The notes under the pieces were generated by a model. It was not told the DNA's origin. It ran no database searches and saw only the letters and a list, made by a program, of their open reading frames with translations. From Thermodesulfobacteriota bacterium (lineage in GTDB: Bacteria > Desulfobacterota_D > UBA1144 > Nemesobacterales > UBA2774): a DNA stretch of 64,000 bases. The DNA is taken from NCBI GenBank assembly GCA_963422265.1, contig OY729416.1:1184001-1248000 (forward strand). Direction: 5' to 3'. This document shows, in pieces, positions 62,770-64,000 of this stretch. Both the position numbers and the translations under genes were made by a program. How positions within the stretch are numbered: position 1 is the first letter of the stretch; the number at the start of each line of letters is the position of its first letter.

Positions 62770-62846
62770 AATTGCCCCCCAACTTAATAGATAAAATTCG
62801 GAGTATTATACCTTGCTGCGAAAATAATAATAATTCAAATACGAAT

Positions 62847-63527
62847 TTAGACCAACCCTATAAAGCTAAGTTGGCTACCCATGCCTTCCCCTTGCCTCCT
62901 GTAGGAATAAAACTCGCTATTGCACTTAGTGCAGATACTCGTCATCTCTATCTCTCGCACCCCTGCCTCCAACAGTGCAATTCTGTTAGCTCCTGGCAGA
63001 TCAAGAATATACTTTGAATCACCAGCTTGAAACAAATATTCTCGACAGTTCCCATATCTACTTGTGAATATAGAAGCAACATCCTCTCCTACTTCGTAGC
63101 AGCAGATATTTATTGAAGGTCCAACGGCAGCTACAACGTCCTCCGCCCCAACATCAAAATTGTCCCTAAGCGCCTCAAGCGTTTTCCCCACTATCCCCAT
63201 AGCTGTTCCACGCCACCCCGCATGAATAGCCGCCACTACCGTGGTCTTCCTGTTACACATCAAAATCGGCACGCAGTCAGCAGTCGAGACTACGACTCCG
63301 ACTCGTCTTAAATTACTTATAAGGGCGTCCCCACTAAGCAACCCATCATCCCAAAAATCATCCCCAGCTACTATAATCCGATCACTATGCGCCTGCTTTA
63401 ACCGCGCGAACTTGGAAAGATTAAACTCCCATTCTGCTAAAAGCACTTCACCGCTCGTGCCTTTATCGCCAAAGCCGTGCGCAACCTTTGAAAGGCGTGA
63501 TAATACTTTTGCCCTGGTAAATCCCAT
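62847..63527 (-). CDS. pgeF: PgeF/YfiH family protein
   Basis: QAHS, TADCVPI, AIHAGWRG, GPSINICCYEVG, FYSYRR; follows rluD. Confidence 0.93.
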   Translation of the reverse strand: MGFTRAKVLSRLSKVAHGFGDKGTSGEVLLAEWEFNLSKFARLKQAHSDRIIVAGDDFWDDGLLSGDALISNLRRVGVVVSTADCVPILMCNRKTTVVAAIHAGWRGTAMGIVGKTLEALRDNFDVGAEDVVAAVGPSINICCYEVGEDVASIFTSRYGNCREYLFQAGDSKYILDLPGANRIALLEAGVREIEMTSICTKCNSEFYSYRRQGEGMGSQLSFIGLV

Positions 63528-63536
63528 TTCTACGCT

Positions 63537-64000
63537 CTAATTCTCCCTATCTTCAAAAAAGCTAATTATTCTTAATATATCTTCTGGAATTTCAGCGTTA
63601 AATTCTACATATTCACCCGAGCTGGGGTGATTAAAACCTATTTTAGATGCATGAAGGGATTGTCTCCCAATTTTCTTTGACGCCTGCTTTATTACTATAG
63701 AGTTCTGCTTTCTTCTACCGTAAACCTTGTCCGCCACGATCGGGTGTCCGTTTTCCGCAAAATGCACCCTTATCTGATGCGTCCTTCCGGTCTTGGGCTT
63801 TGCTTGAATAAGAGTAGCATACCCGTATCTTTCCATTACTTTCCATAGGGTTAGGGATTCTTTTCCCGATTTAGTATTAGAAGACATCTTAAGTCTATTT
63901 GTTAGATGCCGTCCGATTTTAGATGAAAATGATCCGTAATCGCCTTTCATATTGCCTTCAACTACGGCGACGTAGCTCTTTTCTACGCGTCTCAATTTGA
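63537..64000 (-). CDS. rluD: RluA/RluD family pseudouridine synthase, 3' part (runs off window end)
   Basis: KSYVAVV, TGRTHQIRVH, GHPIVADKVYG, QSLHA; rluD-yfiH synteny. Confidence 0.88.
   Translation of the reverse strand, partial: KLRRVEKSYVAVVEGNMKGDYGSFSSKIGRHLTNRLKMSSNTKSGKESLTLWKVMERYGYATLIQAKPKTGRTHQIRVHFAENGHPIVADKVYGRRKQNSIVIKQASKKIGRQSLHASKIGFNHPSSGEYVEFNAEIPEDILRIISFFEDREN

Overview
Bacterial chromosomal window made up mostly of housekeeping genes: glyA (partial), nadK, prfB with its programmed +1 frameshift, ruvCAB with yebC, rho, nadBCA, glnD, amt, acuI-like, thiC, tsaD, ispH, ftsK-lolA, nuoABCD, tmk-holB-metG, cofE, ilvD, queA, argG, pgeF and rluD (partial). Gene content is compatible with a Desulfobacterota/Ca. 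Dadabacteria-like organism; this is an impression, not a tested placement. Four accessory segments interrupt the backbone. (1) About 5.0-8.3 kb: a cluster of short palindromic repeats followed by a visibly GC-richer cassette of a GT2 glycosyltransferase and a membrane protein, with a 22-G tract. (2) About 20.8-23.2 kb: an AT-rich, pseudogenised pair of a putative nuclease/HEAT-repeat protein and an M.PvuII-like methyltransferase. (3) About 47.0-50.8 kb, after metG: a defence island with an HTH-Panacea/RelE-like toxin-antitoxin pair, a TdeIII-like endonuclease, a DPPY methyltransferase and two gene relics. (4) About 55.5-60.0 kb: a decaying membrane-lipid remodelling locus whose promoters carry 11-bp-periodic Pho-box-like repeats. 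Other signals are a repeat-like in-frame insertion in the HolB zinc module, several apparently leaderless genes and a possible ATT start for nadK. I saw no tRNA, rRNA, CRISPR array, integrase or transposase. All family calls come from motif recognition by eye; no database searches were run.
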